Source: Amphiscolops sp. MND2022
Taxonomy: Eukaryota
DNA: 64,000 bases
NCBI GenBank assembly: GCA_964187785.1
Contig: OZ076409.1
Span: forward strand, 18,354,001-18,418,000
Reading direction: 5' to 3'
The notes beneath the pieces are model-generated. The model saw only the letters and a list, made by a program, of their open reading frames with translations, was not told the origin of the DNA and searched no databases. The position numbers and the translations under genes were made by a program. The first letter of the stretch is position 1, and each line of letters starts with the position of its first letter. Shown piece after piece: positions 12,634 to 25,765 of the stretch.

Positions 12634-12989
12634 GTCTGAAATGATCCTACTTCGGATTCTTTTCCATTTCGAATGCTGAATATGCATTGACTGATAAAAA
12701 GACACACATTTTTGAAGACTACTGGGTGTATCACCCCTCCCCAACACGACGAACAACTTACCACGACAATAATGACGGAGACTATTCAAAGCGTCGAAAA
12801 TTTTCGAAGTATTTAAAGCATCGAAAGAATCCCATAGCACCGATATGGAATAATATCTGGTCAAAATTTTTGGATGATCCTTGAGCGACCTGGATCTACC
12901 AAAGATGAAAATACCTTTATTTTATGTTATATGAGGAACAAGCTAAGGTATATGTAATATTCTATTACGATATCAATTAAATCCGAAAT

Positions 12990-13065
12990 TTTCACCCCCT
13001 ATGATGTATTTGATGTGAAAACATGACCACCCCAAACGCTGGCGCTTGGACCTATAACCCAAAAC
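12990..13065 (+). repeat. Short interspersed repeat shared with about 31317-31390
   Basis: ttcaccccctatgatgtatttgatgtgaaaacatg...gacctataaccc vs ttcacctcctatgaagtatttgatgtaaaaacatg...gacctgtaacct. Confidence 0.6.
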
Positions 13066-13588
13066 GAAGCTCAGCCCTTTTTATTAAACTAATATAGTGA
13101 ATAAACATTATAAAGCGAACTTGTCCGCGCCGATCCTGGAATCTTTATAGAATTGGATCGTCGTCATCAACCAGCGTTTTAAAAAAACGCTTCTTTATTC
13201 ATCATGTGCCCCCAGCCCGGGCGACAGACAAAAAAACTCCAAGATAGGAAACAAAAAGAATTGAGAAACGAGATCATGCAACCTGAGAGTTCAATGGATC
13301 GAGGATATTTCAATTCAGAAACTCAATGAGGCTCGTGAAAAGGTAACGATTATGAAACAAAGAACACATAAATTTCTTGATTGTGTGAGCGTGCATACAC
13401 AATCTTTATAGTAGTAGTAATATGAATTTGACCAGTCGTTGACTGGTACAGGATATTCTCCCTTTGACATTACGTGGATCCAAATTAAATTCTCGATGTT
13501 GAGCTGACAATTTCGTTGTATTGGCTGTCGAAGTGAACCCACAGGTGTTGTAGGAGTCGTTGTTTGAGGCCAAAAGGTTTGTCAAATT

Positions 13589-14027
13589 GAGTGACAGCAA
13601 TAAAGTCGAACGACTAAAGTCGAATTTGAACCGTATAACTAGCGTCGAAGTTCCATCGTCGACGGACTTATGACAAAGTCATTGCGTCTATGTCATTGCA
13701 AATGTAAAATGGTCAAACAATGTTTTGGCCGTCGGATATGCCCCATTTCCTCTTGGCCCCGCGGCCCCTTGGGGCCGCTTATGTTCCCATCTTGCTGACG
13801 GTTCCCATCTTACGACGGTGAGGGTGAGCGTGCAAACACAGTATATGACCCCATATTAGATGGGGAAAAGTACCTAAAATATTTTTTGAACCTAAAATTT
13901 TTATTTGACCAAATTCGACAAGAATTCGACCCAATTCTGTTCGACTAAATTCTACGCTATTCATTCGACGATATTCATCTACATTATTCAATAGACGAGT
14001 CAAAATTCGACTTCATTGCCGCAAACC
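13589..14027. mobile_element. MULE-like MITE family a (GTCGAA arms) with internally deleted shared core
   Basis: TIR gagtgacagcaataaagtcgaa / ggtttgcggcaatgaagtcgaa; diverged 8 bp TSD gtcaaatt/gacaaact; core remnant at 13733-13857. Confidence 0.7.
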
Positions 14028-14039
14028 GACAAACTGGAC

Positions 14040-14544
14040 GGCTGCGTGGAATCAGGTCTAATGAAATAGATCTAAGAGAGGGGGCAAAACTGAGATCTAA
14101 ATAAATTGATCTAATTAATCAGGTCTAAAAATCTCACCTAATGTGATCTAATTTGAGAAAAAAAATGAGTCAATTAGGATCTAAAACTAAAAGGTGATAT
14201 AAAGTAAAAAACGTGCCTCGGATAAGTCCCCATTTCCTCTAGTGCCACGCGGCCCCTTGGGGCTGCATATATTACATCTTGCTAAGCGAGGCTGAACAGG
14301 AGCGAAGACCTAGCGGGTACGGAGATTGCGAAGCGATCGTAGTGGGAGCTGGTCTTTGCGTTGGTGAGGGCGAGCGTGCATACACCGCATATGCCCCACA
14401 TTATATTTTCGCTTTCAGAACACATATTAGATCATAAAGTGGTTGGACTTAAGTATTTCAGTTAAAATTAGATCTGATATTTAGACCTAACAGTTAGATC
14501 TAATTCCATTAGACCCAAGCAGTTAGATCAGAGGCGTACACTCC
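14040..14544. mobile_element. MULE-like MITE family b (AGATCTAA arms) with shared core
   Basis: Perfect 9 bp TSD aaactggac (14031-14039, 14545-14553); GG..CC termini; core at 14211-14402 (+). Confidence 0.85.
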
Positions 14545-14711
14545 AAACTGGACATCTCTGGGCAAACTATTTACCAAGGCAGTTATTCAGTAGAAAAAAC
14601 TTTGTTCACATAGTTGAAGCTTCCTTTTTCCGTGTTCGATTTGGATATCACCGGATGTTCGCAGTGTATTCGGGGATTCTTGAGGAAGAAAGAAGATAGA
14701 TGGATCGAAGT

Positions 14712-16035
14712 GGCTTCAAGTCATATTGCTTAATGCCATATTGCTTAAAAATCGACCATGTACGAATTGCTTAAAATTTTTTAAGCAATATGGACATCAT
14801 TTTAAGCAATATGGACATCATTTTAAGCAATATGGACATCATTTTAAGCAATATGGACATCATTTTAAGCAATATGGACCTAGTACAGTACAATATGGAC
14901 CTTAGGTCTAATATGATCTAATAGGTCTTACGATCTAATATGTGTTCTGAGTATGATATGTGTCGTATGGAATTAGATTTAACGGTAGGTCTAACTTTCA
15001 GATCTAATTTTATCTAGAATACTTACGTCTAACGCCTTTATGATCTAATATGTGTTCTGAAAGCGAAAATATAATGTGGGGCATATGCGATGTATGCACG
15101 CTCGCCCTCACCGTCGCAAAGACCAGCTCCCACTACGATCGCTTCGCGATCTCCGTTCACGCTAGGTCTTTGCTCCTGTTCGACCTCGCTTAGCAAGATG
15201 GGAATATAAGCGGCCCCAAGGGGCCGCGGGCCACTAGAGGAAATAGGGACATATCCGAGGGGATGCAGGTCATTTCGCCTAATGCCATTTCGCCTAAAAA
15301 TTTAGTTGAGTCATTTCGCCTAAGAAAATTAGGCGAAATGACCAAACGGGAATAACGTCTAAATAATCATGTTTCGAAAAAGGCTTTCTGAAAGCGAAAA
15401 TATCAAAATGTGGGGCATATGCGGTGTATGCACACTCGCCCTCACCGTCGCAAAGACCAGCTTCCACTACGATCGCTTCGCGATCTCCGTTCCCGCTAGG
15501 TCTTTGCTCCTGTTCGACCTCTCTTAGCAAGATGGAACATAAGCGGCCCCAAGGGGCCGCGGGTCACTAGAAGGAATGGGACATACCCGAGGCACGTTTT
15601 CTATTTTATATCACTTTTTAGTTTTAGATCTTAAACGATTTATTTGTTTCCCAATTTCATGTGTTTTTCACGTTTCTGAAAAAAAATTAGGCGAAGTGAC
15701 CAAAGTAAAAGACGTTTCGCCTAAAAAAATTAGGCGAAGTGACCAAACACGTTAGGCGAAATGACTTTAGGCGAAATGGCATTAGGCGAAATGACCATTT
15801 CCCATCCGAGGCACGTGTTATAAGTGTCACTTAGATCCGACGCATTACTCGATTCATCACTCATTACTCAACGTGGAAACACATCCATATTGCTTAAAAA
15901 TTATTAAGCAATATGTCCACAAAATTAAGCAATATAGCATTATCCATATTGCTTAAAAATTATTAAGCAATATGTCCCCAAAATTAAGCAATATGGCATT
16001 AAGCAATATGGAATTAAGCAATATGTCTTGTACCC
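14712..16035. mobile_element. MULE-like MITE family c (CCATATTGCTTAA arms) with shared core; contains nested MITE d
   Basis: 9 bp TSD gatcgaagt (14703-14711, 16036-16044); TIR ggcttcaagtcatattgcttaa / gggtacaagacatattgcttaa; five copies of a 21 bp unit at 14779-14879; inverted copies at 60296 and 62007. Confidence 0.92.
15261..15803. mobile_element. MULE-like MITE family d (TTAGGCGAAATGAC arms) with shared core, inserted into the core of MITE c
   Basis: 8 bp TSD atccgagg (15253-15260, 15804-15811); about 30 bp TIR ggtcatttcgcctaatgccatttcgcctaaa; core at 15407-15597 (-). Confidence 0.92.
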
Positions 16036-16685
16036 GATCGAAGTCAAAGTCTCCACTGAGCATTTTTGACAGAAATAATATCTTGTATTTGCAAATGATG
16101 TAGAAGTGGAAGAATTCAGCTTTGTTGTAGTAGCTCTTTGTAGTTGCTATTGCTCGTGCAATTTATTCATTTTAAGCATTTCTTCTGAATTCCTTCGAGG
16201 TTTTTGGTGTTTTCGACGTTTGCATACCAACATGTACTCCCATAAGTGGAAACAGGGAGAACCATTGACTTGTATAACTTCAGTTTAGTAGGAGCAGATT
16301 GTTTGGTGGAACTCCTCTTTAACGTGAAGAACACCCGAGAACTCTCTTTGTTGCAGTTTCAATCTGATGATTCCATTTCATATCATCGGATATATAAATT
16401 CCAAGATCTTTCTCTGTTGTAACTTGGGGAATTCCATCTCCACAGAAATAGAACTCCACATCGTTAGCGTGGAAGGCAAGATGGGAGCATTTGTGGACAT
16501 TGAGAGGTAGTTGATGCGTAGCGTTCCATCTTTTCACTCGGGACAAGTCCAGATGAAAATGGAGCTTTTGTTTTTTTATTGCAATAAAAATAGCGTCATC
16601 TGCGCAAAGCAGGGGTAATGAAGACTCGGAAGACTTGCATAACGAAGGGAGATCATTATATAGACGAGGAAAAGTTAGCCACGGG

Positions 16686-17411
16686 CAGGGATCCTAAATA
16701 CAAATACCCAGTTATTTGGGTTTCACCCCAATTACTTGGGTTTTGTACAAACCCAAACACCGTGATTGCACCCAAAACCCAAAACCCAAAGACATCATAA
16801 AATGACCAAATATACAAATCATGACCTAAATTCGTCGCAGATTATGGCAACGGTCACACATATGATGGTACAATTATTCCTTCATTTCAAGAATTTGTGA
16901 AACGGAGTGAACCAGAAGACGATTTTGATTTCATTCAGTCTATGTCAGGTTGTTTCAAACCAAGTAGCATTGATGCTGAACGACTTTTCCATATGGGCGA
17001 TTAACAAAGAATCACTTACAGTGTCGTATGCTTCCGGATACACACGCTCGTAACGTCTTTTTGAATGAAAGCAAGACATAAATGGAGCCAAGCGATGATG
17101 CTTGATCTATTTTCATTACATCTCTTATACACTTCATCTCTTTGCACTTCTAATACATACATACTCTATCTATTACTTTGTTTTTAATCTCAGTTTTTGA
17201 AAAAAGCAAAAAATTTTAATTCGAGACATTTTTCGTTCGAAAGTGCATAAAATTTTGATTCAGGACCTAAATATATCCCCCAAATATACCCCCACCAACC
17301 CAAACCCAAAACCCAGACAAATATGGTCGGGGCACCCAAAACCCAAAACCCGAAATAGTGTTTATGACCCCAAACCCAAACTAGGCTTGACCCAATCATT
17401 TGGTAACCCTT
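16686..17411 (+). mobile_element. Non-autonomous hAT element retaining a transposase C-terminal dimerisation fragment
   Basis: TIR cagggatcctaaat / aagggttaccaaat; ACCCAAA subterminal repeats; PSSIDAERLF...RMLPDT...VFLN at about 16950-17070; flanks gccacggg/gtctcggg match only 6/8. Confidence 0.8.
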
Positions 17412-20400
17412 GTCTCGGGGGACTAGCTTGGCCTTCCAAGCAGATAAAATATTTTTTTAGTAAAAAGTATGCTTCAGTGAATTCAGAGAATGAGGGGTAA
17501 ATAAATAGGAAGAAAGTAGCTCCTTAGGCCGACTAACTGTGGCCAAGATCCGGCAAAAAGCAGGAAAACACCGTCAAGAGAAAGCTCGAAATCTTTGGAA
17601 CATGTTATGAAACCTGTCATATTTTAATTGGTGGAGAGATAATTCAGGCAGGAATTCCCAAATAAAATCAATTCAAGATCAAATATATCATCATCAAGAA
17701 ATAACTGCGGATAAAAGTTCAATCATTTGGCATCATAATGCATTTTTGCTATTTTTGCTAGTTCCAGGAACTTTTTGACGAATTGAGAGCATTTGGGCTT
17801 CTGTGTGGAACTTTCGTTGTTAAAAATTTTTCTATTTGTGACATGCTCAAACTAGAGGAGGGAATAACGTCTAATGAATAACGTCTAAAGGTCCATCGGA
17901 AATAACGTCTAGAGGAATGACATCTAAACTGAAATATTAGGGAATAACTTCTAAACAGGGGAATAACCTTTAAAAAGAGGAATATTGTCTAAAATCAGGA
18001 AGCCTCTAAATTGGAAGAAAAGTCCAAAATATCAAAAAACCAACATAACACGTCTGAAAAATAGGAATAACGTTTAAAATTGGGAAAAACGCCTAAAATA
18101 TCCAAAAATCATTAAAATTCGTCTAAGAAACGGAAAAACGTCTAGAGTTGGGAAAATTCAAGTCAATCAAGAACTAAAGCTATAAAGTTGTTCAAAGTAT
18201 AAAACGTGTCTCGGATATGTCTCCATTTCCGCTGGTGCCCCGCAGCCCCTTGGGGCCGCCTATGTTCCCACCTTGCTAAGCGAGGTCGAAAAGGAGCAAA
18301 GACCTAGGGGTACGGAGATCGCGAAGCGATCGTAGTGGGAGCTGGTCTTTGCGACGGTGAGGGCGAGCGTGCATACACAGCATATGCCCCACATTATGAT
18401 ATTTTCGCTTTCAACAAGTCTGCTTTTGCAGATGTAGACAACTCCGCCCTTACGTCGGCCTTCGATGATTTCGAATTCTGCCATGTAGTCTAAAAATAGT
18501 CAGTTTTCAACGCGGATACTTTTCAAAATCAATTTTTTGAACATTTCCCTTTCTGGAATAACGTCTAAAAAACAGGGATAACGTCTAAAAAACAAGAAGA
18601 AAGTTTTAAAAAAACGGGACAAACGTCTAATTATTTAGTCGTTATTCCCGAAAAACGATTTATATTTAGACGTTATTCCCGTTTTGAACTCTGACGTTAT
18701 TCCTTAGACATTCTTCCCGGCCGCCTGCTCAAACACTCGCTCTCCTTGATTCAAATGAACAAACAAAACATAGCAAAGTGATTAGATTTTCAACTAGATT
18801 AAAGTATGTTTTTTAAATGACGGGTGAGACATCAGACAGGGGAAGTGTTTTGAGTTTGTTGACCGGACGAATGTATTCGCCAGTTGATGTCCTCACCTTT
18901 ACAACACGAACAAAATTGTCTGGCCCGCTATACGCATATGACACTCGGGCCAAGGGCCATTGTGAGGGAGCCACGTTGTCGTCCATGAGATATACAACAT
19001 CACCAACCTTGAGATTGCAGCTCTCTTTCCTCCGTTTACATCCTTCCTGGAGAGCCGATACGTACTCTTTTTTCCAACGGTTCCAGAAGTGACATTTAGG
19101 ATACGAGTCCACCGAGCAGTTGCTGAGCAATGTTTCAAATGAGATATCTGGGATGACTGCTCAGTTGGGTAACATTCCAATTTTGATCAGCCTATCAGAT
19201 GCCCAGAAGTCAAAATGACCTCATTTTTCGGGTCGTCTGAGACTAATCTTATGGGTCTTGAACTTAGCACGTTTTCCACTTGGCAGAAAAGGGTGGAGAG
19301 TTTTCCAAAACTGAGAACATTTTTGCCAATTATTCGTCTTAGATGGTTTTTTGCACTCTTAGTCCCAGCTTCCCACAAACCCGCAAAGTGGGGCGCTCGC
19401 GGAAGAATAAAGTCCCATTCAATCAGTAGTCCGGCTGGCACTGATTCTATAGAGTTTTCGATCGTGTCATTAGGTATTTTCTTGTGTTTAATAAGGAGCT
19501 CTGCAAGAGAACCTTGGAAATTCGAGACGTTATCTGAGTTAATAGAAGCAGGACAACGCCTCTTTGAAGGTTTAAAAAAACACGCCTGTGTTGGGAGATC
19601 AGAGACGATCTCCAGATGAACTGCCTTGCTGGCAAAGCACACAAATAGAGACGAGGTATGTTTTTGTGACGTCTTTACGATCACCGCTACAACAACTTGG
19701 GCCTCCAAAGTCCAAAATAACATGTTGGAATGCCTTGGAGGGAACTGTTTTTCTTTATTTAGGCCAATCGCCCATCAACTGTTCAGAACTTGAATTGAAT
19801 CTACAACAAATGATACACATCAAGATAATTTTCCGCAGTTGTTTGCCTCATGCTGGTATTCCAAATAAAGTACGGATTTCAGCTATCGTTTGGATAGTTC
19901 CACTATGCAGAGTTTGAAGATGGGCGTCAAGAATTATCAATCTTGGTAGTTCATTTTTTGCGGAACTATCTGAGGGTACATGGCTTCATCAGGCATTTCA
20001 GCATTGGCACATCGACTGCCTACATGCACTACCTCTTTTTGCAACAATGGATACAATTTAAGGATTCTGTTATTTGTTCGCACCGAATTACACCGTTTCT
20101 GAGACTCATTTTTCTTTTCTCAAGAATCCTTTTCTCTGCTCTTGATTTTTTTGTTTCTTCTTTTATTCCTTCTTGTTTGAATAGAACAAACGTTTCATGA
20201 GTTAACAGCCAATCAGGACCAACCCACCAGATTGACAAATTCTCAAGCTTGGATGGATCCACCAATCTGGACCTTGGCTCTGCTGGATTTTCATGTGTTT
20301 GCACATGATTCCTGATTAAATCTTCGTTCTCTTGAATTTTAGCACCTCGATTGGTTACAAAAGTTGCCCAAACGCTTGGCTCAGAAGCTAGCCGGTTTAT

Positions 20401-23400
20401 AACTATAGTGGAATCGATCAAAGCGTTTTGTGATTGGATTTTCAGACAAATTATGTTAAAGTTTTTGAGGACTGGATTAACCAGTTGACATCCCAGAAGA
20501 ACTGCGCAAAGTTCTAGCCTGGTTATTGATTGTGTTTTTTGGGGGTGCTATTTTGGCTTTTGCGGTGAGTGGAGTCGAACTCCGCCAACCTAGCTCTTCT
20601 TGAGCTACAATAAAGATTCAAGGAGCGTACCCTATCTCTGAAGCATCACAAAACAAAGGCAACAACACGGTATCTGTTTGCTCTATTCTCAACACAAAGC
20701 GGTGTAATTTGAATTGCCTTTCGATTTTGAATTCCAAGATGTAAAAGGGTAGCTTGTAATCCCAGCGGACATTGGTCTGCCAAATACTTTGCATTACATG
20801 CTTCAATTTCAGCGTGACCGGCGAGATCCAACCAACAGGGTCAGAAACTTTAGTGATATCACTAAGGACTTCCGTTTGGTCATTTGGGCATTGTCCAACT
20901 GTTGATCTGACTGCTGAATGTCGAAACTGAAGTTATAATGAAAAAGATTCCAGACAAGGCCTATTTTTTTAATGGTATGGTTTGTGTCAAGAAACTCAAA
21001 TGACTTCTTAGCTTCACGATACTGGGGCGGTAGTTAAAGCGTGATCAACGAATCATTGCAAGTCCACTTTCGCAAGTCGAATTTGTTCCGCTCCAACGCG
21101 CTGATCGAACCTTTTTGCCATTCTTTCGCCTGTTGAACAGACGAAGCTCCCGTCAGAATGTCGACGACATAGAAGTCACGCTTTATAGCTTCTTGAACGA
21201 CGTTTGTTACGTTTGGCTGCTTAGCGCACAGTATTAATGCTCGAATGGAATGATAGGATGCTGCGGCATTTTAGTACGGTACCCTAGTCATGCGAAGAGT
21301 TTGAACTTGATCGCCAGAGTATTCTAAGGAAGTCATATCTTGTCGATTTAGATCAAAATGTCAATACAATTTAGAACTGTCCGCGATCATAGCTATTTCA
21401 AAGAACCTGAAGCGCACGAGAATACTGAAGAGGTCATCTTTTAATTTCCGACCTATGCGTAGACAGTCATTCAGAGAACGCCCAGATGTTGTCTTTGCGC
21501 TGGCGTTAAAGACGACTCTCAATTTTGTGGTTGTGCTGTCTGGTTCATGGACACAATGATGAGGGAGATAAAAACAATTAAGATTGTCTGATTCATTTTC
21601 GGGAACCAGTTCTATGTGGCCAAGGACGACTATTTCTTGTATGAATGCAAGGTATTCCATTTTGAGTTCAGGATTGGCATTTAGCTTGCGCTCGAGACTG
21701 AAAAAACGCTTCAAGGCGCTTGCTCTGCTGTGGCCTAGTTTGACACCATTTGACAGAAACGGAAGTTGGACTAAAAACCTGCAATCTGGCTTCTGAATAT
21801 TTGTGTCATCAAAATGTTTTTCACAGCCTGCTTCTTCTGCAGTCAAATGTTTCTTGATTGGTACGTTCTCTAACTCCTAAAACTACGATAGGATGTCATC
21901 CGTGGACTCCGGAGAAACTACAGAAACATTGATACTAATGGTATAGTCAGGTGGAACGCTCACTTTTTGACGGGACCAGATACTGCGCAATTAAAAAGTG
22001 ATTCTCGAATTACAACTTCATTGTTTCGGATTCGACTTTCCAGAAAAATGTTTTCGAGGACGTCAGCGCCAAGAAGAATGTCGATTTTTCCCGTATTGAT
22101 GAAAGTTGGGTCTGCTAAAACAAGGGTTTTCACATATTTAAATTGCGAAATATCATAATGCTCCATTGAAAAATTCTTCGTTTTGTTAGGAATGATGTGC
22201 AGACTAGTGTCAATGAACTGATGCAGCCGAGTGGGTAGAAAGTCCAGAGTTTTTTGGGCCCCTGTGGCACCTAGTGGACTGATTGGCGTTTGCGTCCGGA
22301 TTGTTGTCAGCATCAATGCTTTCGCGGTCGACTCTGTAATGAAACTAGCCTGTGACCCAGAATCAAGAAGTGCTTGCATTTGAATGTCTTTTCCTGATTG
22401 ATTTTGAATTTTGACCAATGCTGTTGAGAGAAGAACATTGTTGGTGTTTGTGGCTTTTACGGCAACGCCTTAAGCAGGTTGACTCCTTTGCGCCTCGTTG
22501 CATTTGATTTCACGTCACTTGTGGACACTCTGCCCAAGTTAGACTGAGCATTCTTTTACGACACGAATTTTTGACTTGATGCTGTAGAAGGCTTTTCCCG
22601 ATGTAAAAATGAATGATGCTTTAACTTACTTTCTCTGCAAGTAAATTTCGAAGTACATGCACCAACAAGTTGACCTGGATGAAGACAGTTGAAACAAATT
22701 TATTTTTGTTGTGCAAACTTCTGTCGATCAATAGCAGACAATTTGAGAAACAATGGGCAAGATGACAATATATAACATTCCTGACGAGTATCACCACAAA
22801 CACTCACGACAGTGTATGATTGAATGTGCTTTTGATTCGACTGGGTTTTTGCGGAAGTCGGATTTTTGGCGTGTGTCCACTAATTTTGCCAAGTCTTTCC
22901 ATTTCAGGAAATGAGTTCGCTGATTAGCTACCTGCCATTGCTTGCGAGACTCACCATCAAACTTTTCGATGATCCAAAAGATCAATAGAGAATCCAACGA
23001 TTCAATGGGTTCGCCTAATTCGGCTAAGGCTCTCAAATGTTGGTTGGTTGCTTATGAAAGTTTGCGCAAGGCAACGGCAGATTTACTTCGCATGGGGGGT
23101 TGCGTCCAAATGGCTTTCAGATGGGGCTGGACTAAGCAACGCTTGTTTTCGTAGCGTTCAATAAGTAATTTCATAGCTATTCCATAATTAGCACCAGGTA
23201 TTGTGACAGATGCTATAAGCTTGGCATCATCGCCAACCAAGCACACTAAACATTTCATCTTTTCAGAGTCGCTCAATTGGTTGTTGACATCAACTGATGC
23301 TTTGAATTGATCAATGAATGACATTCATTCAGTATACAACCCAGTGAAACAGGGTAATTGAAGTTGAGGCAGTCTCATTTTGCTGGTGGAACCTGAGTTT

Positions 23401-25160
23401 GAAGAACTTGGCGTTGCTGCCAAGCATTTTAATAATTAGCTATCAGTGCTTTGCTACGGGCAATAGCGTTACTGTAGTTTTTCATCAAATAACAAGTTGG
23501 TTTCAATTTCGGTAACTAATTCGTTTTCATCATCGAAGAGCAACTCAATTTCAATAGTTCATCATAGCGATGTACCACTTGGCATTTACTTTTCATGGTT
23601 GAGAGAAAACCTTCAGCTTCAAAAAGTTGATCCTGACTGATGATAGGCCGTCCTAACGTGAGATTATTCTTTGGCTCCAATTTTGTAAACGCATCCTTAT
23701 GCACAGCTCTTATTCCAACTAGTTTCCGTACATTCTGTCGTAGGTTGGTTTCCCGGGATGCTCCCCGATAGTTTGTTCAGAATCATACGTCACTTTAGAC
23801 ACTTAGGAAATAGAAAATGGAACATTTCTATTTGTAGTTTAGAAGTGTTGAGTAGATTTTGAAAAGCAACAATCGAGTGAATCAACATACACGAAAATGA
23901 TAATTAAAATCTTTGGGTAATGAAGAAATTATAAAATGTTTTGTTGGAAAAATTGAGAAGATTTGTTTACTCAATAATAATCGGGCGCGATAACACCCGA
24001 GAAGTCCCAGAGTAAATTTTTTTTGGCTTTTTTCATTTAAAATACTTCTAAGTTTTATTCTGCTGTTTCTTTCTCAGTGGTGTAGTTCAAAAATTGCTTG
24101 GGATTTCATGGCAAATGTTCCTCAGATTTTTTTGATACTCTTTCTTGCGGTTAGAAAGAAGGTGTTGTCTATGATTGATTGTCAAAAACTTTGCAGTTAC
24201 CAAATACTTTTTAACGAGAGAAGTTCCAATGCGTTGATTGTTCACAAGCGCTGATACTTGTTTCCGGAAAGGTTCAAGTATTTCCAGTAAATTTTAGATG
24301 TTGATCGCTGATTTCCATTGCTTTTATGCGGAGAAAGAGAACTATTCAGAAGGTCGTGCCAGATCACGATGTTACTTCGATTTTCTAGACTTGTTTTGAG
24401 CGGATATTGTAGTAGATTTTTAGTGTTTTTGGCAGTAGGATGAGAGCTAAGATCTAGAACTGCGAATACTTCGCTTTGTATAGGTTTTCGTAATGTAGTG
24501 GGTGCTTTGTCAACAGCCCTTCACAGAATACTAGCTCCAATCACATAAACTATCAATTCAATTTGATATACAAAACTTTCGCAATTTTGCGTTTCACGAT
24601 TTTTGTCAAAATTTCCTTTCCCAAACTGTAAAAGGGAACTAAACTTTTGGATTGACATTCTTCTGTTGATGTTGTCAGGGTCGGCAGACCACTTTGCCCG
24701 CGCCAATCCTGGTGTAACATGGAATCTTTTTCCTCTCGGCGGACCAGCGTGGCCTTCCAAACAAATAAATGAATTCCTAGGAAAAAAGAATGTTTCAGGA
24801 AACTCAGAGAATCAGGTGTAAATAATTAGGAAGAATGTAGCTCCTTTGGCTGACTAACTGTGGCCAAGATTCGGCAAAAAGCGGGAAAAGAGAAAGCTCG
24901 AAATCTTTGGAACATGTTATGAAATGTATCAGATTTTAATTAGTGGAGAGATAATTTGTGCAGGAATTCCCAAATATATTCAATTCAAGCTAAAATATAT
25001 GATAATCAAGATATAACTACAGGTAAAATATCAATCATTTGGCATTATATTGCATTTTTCCTATTTTTGCTAGTGTCAGGAAATTTCCGATGAATTTAAA
25101 GCATTTGGGATTCCGTCTGAAAATTTCGTTGTTAAAAAATTTTCTATTTGTGCTCTAACA
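17412..25160 (-). mobile_element. Decayed BEL/Pao LTR retrotransposon (LTRs about 25160-24715 and 18735-17412)
   Basis: DUF1759-like gag, protease ALLDSGSQASFI, RT YLPHHCV..TTTKLRVVFNAS, RNase H FCDASEIGY, integrase PRAPHFAGLWEA, DUF5641-like FWNRWKKEY; many stops/frameshifts; diverged direct repeats starting TGTT; purine tract next to 18735. Confidence 0.92.
17853..18725. mobile_element. MULE-like MITE family e (GGAATAACGTCTAA arms) with shared core, inserted in the BEL 3' LTR
   Basis: 9 bp TSD tgctcaaac (17844-17852, 18726-18734); core at 18204-18395 (+); residual ORF start MAEFEIIEGRRKGGVVYIC at 18484 (-). Confidence 0.88.
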
Positions 25161-25539
25161 AAGGTATCTGGGCCAAGTAAAAAAGTTATAGGAAATTCGA
25201 CAACTTGAGTCAAAAAATTTCTTTTTTAAAAACAAACTTCATAACACTGAATCACATATGCATGAGCAAGTTCCCAATAAACTATTATTGAAATCGATGT
25301 AAGGTGCAATGAATCACGGATAATAAATCAGAGAGACTTGATTGTAAAACTACCGGACAGCTGACTCTGGGAAGAATAACTTGGAAAAGCAACTTGTTCA
25401 AAGACCTCGATCTCAATAAAGGGGATCCAAAGAGAAAAGAGAAATGATCGCGCTCCGACATCAATGAAACATGTCAGATCAGAAACCATGTTAACATCGA
25501 CTTGACGATATTTTTTGTACGACCGCAAATATTGAACAC

Positions 25540-25765
25540 TTCGGATGTAACACTTCGGACACTTCGGATTGCGTGTCTTCGGATTTGCAATGAGTGCCAA
25601 AATAACCAAGCAGTTTGATAGAATATACCCCAGAATGAAAATACAATCATCGAGAAACATCATTCCTGGTTCACTTTTTGCTTTCTATGACAAGTATTCC
25701 CGAAAATGGATATACAACTTTGTGACGAAACAGAATTTTCTCTCAAGCCTTCAATTGAAGAACCA
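25540..25765 (+). pseudogene. TARG1/OARD1-like macrodomain fragment within an LTR retroelement remnant
   Basis: With one frameshift reads CVSSDFAMSAKITKQF...KWIYNFVTKQNF.., resembling TARG1 HCISEDCRMGAGIA..F...YIYYLITK...KPT. Confidence 0.65.

Larger units (their letters stand above)
13440..16685 (-). pseudogene. LINE (CR1/L2/Jockey-like) ORF2 3' part, split by three MITE insertions
   Basis: YINDLP...LCADD near 16600-16670; LPLNVHKC, EKDLGIYISDDMKWNHQI; SFFY...LVNSLPRDVQFDKPFGLKQRLL can be rebuilt across the MITE TSDs. Confidence 0.8.

Noticed and set aside
14779..14879. CRISPR-like regular 21 bp repeats (also about 60901-60975 and 62612-62686)
   Set aside because: Head-to-tail units with no unique spacers, inside a MITE arm, in eukaryotic DNA with no cas genes
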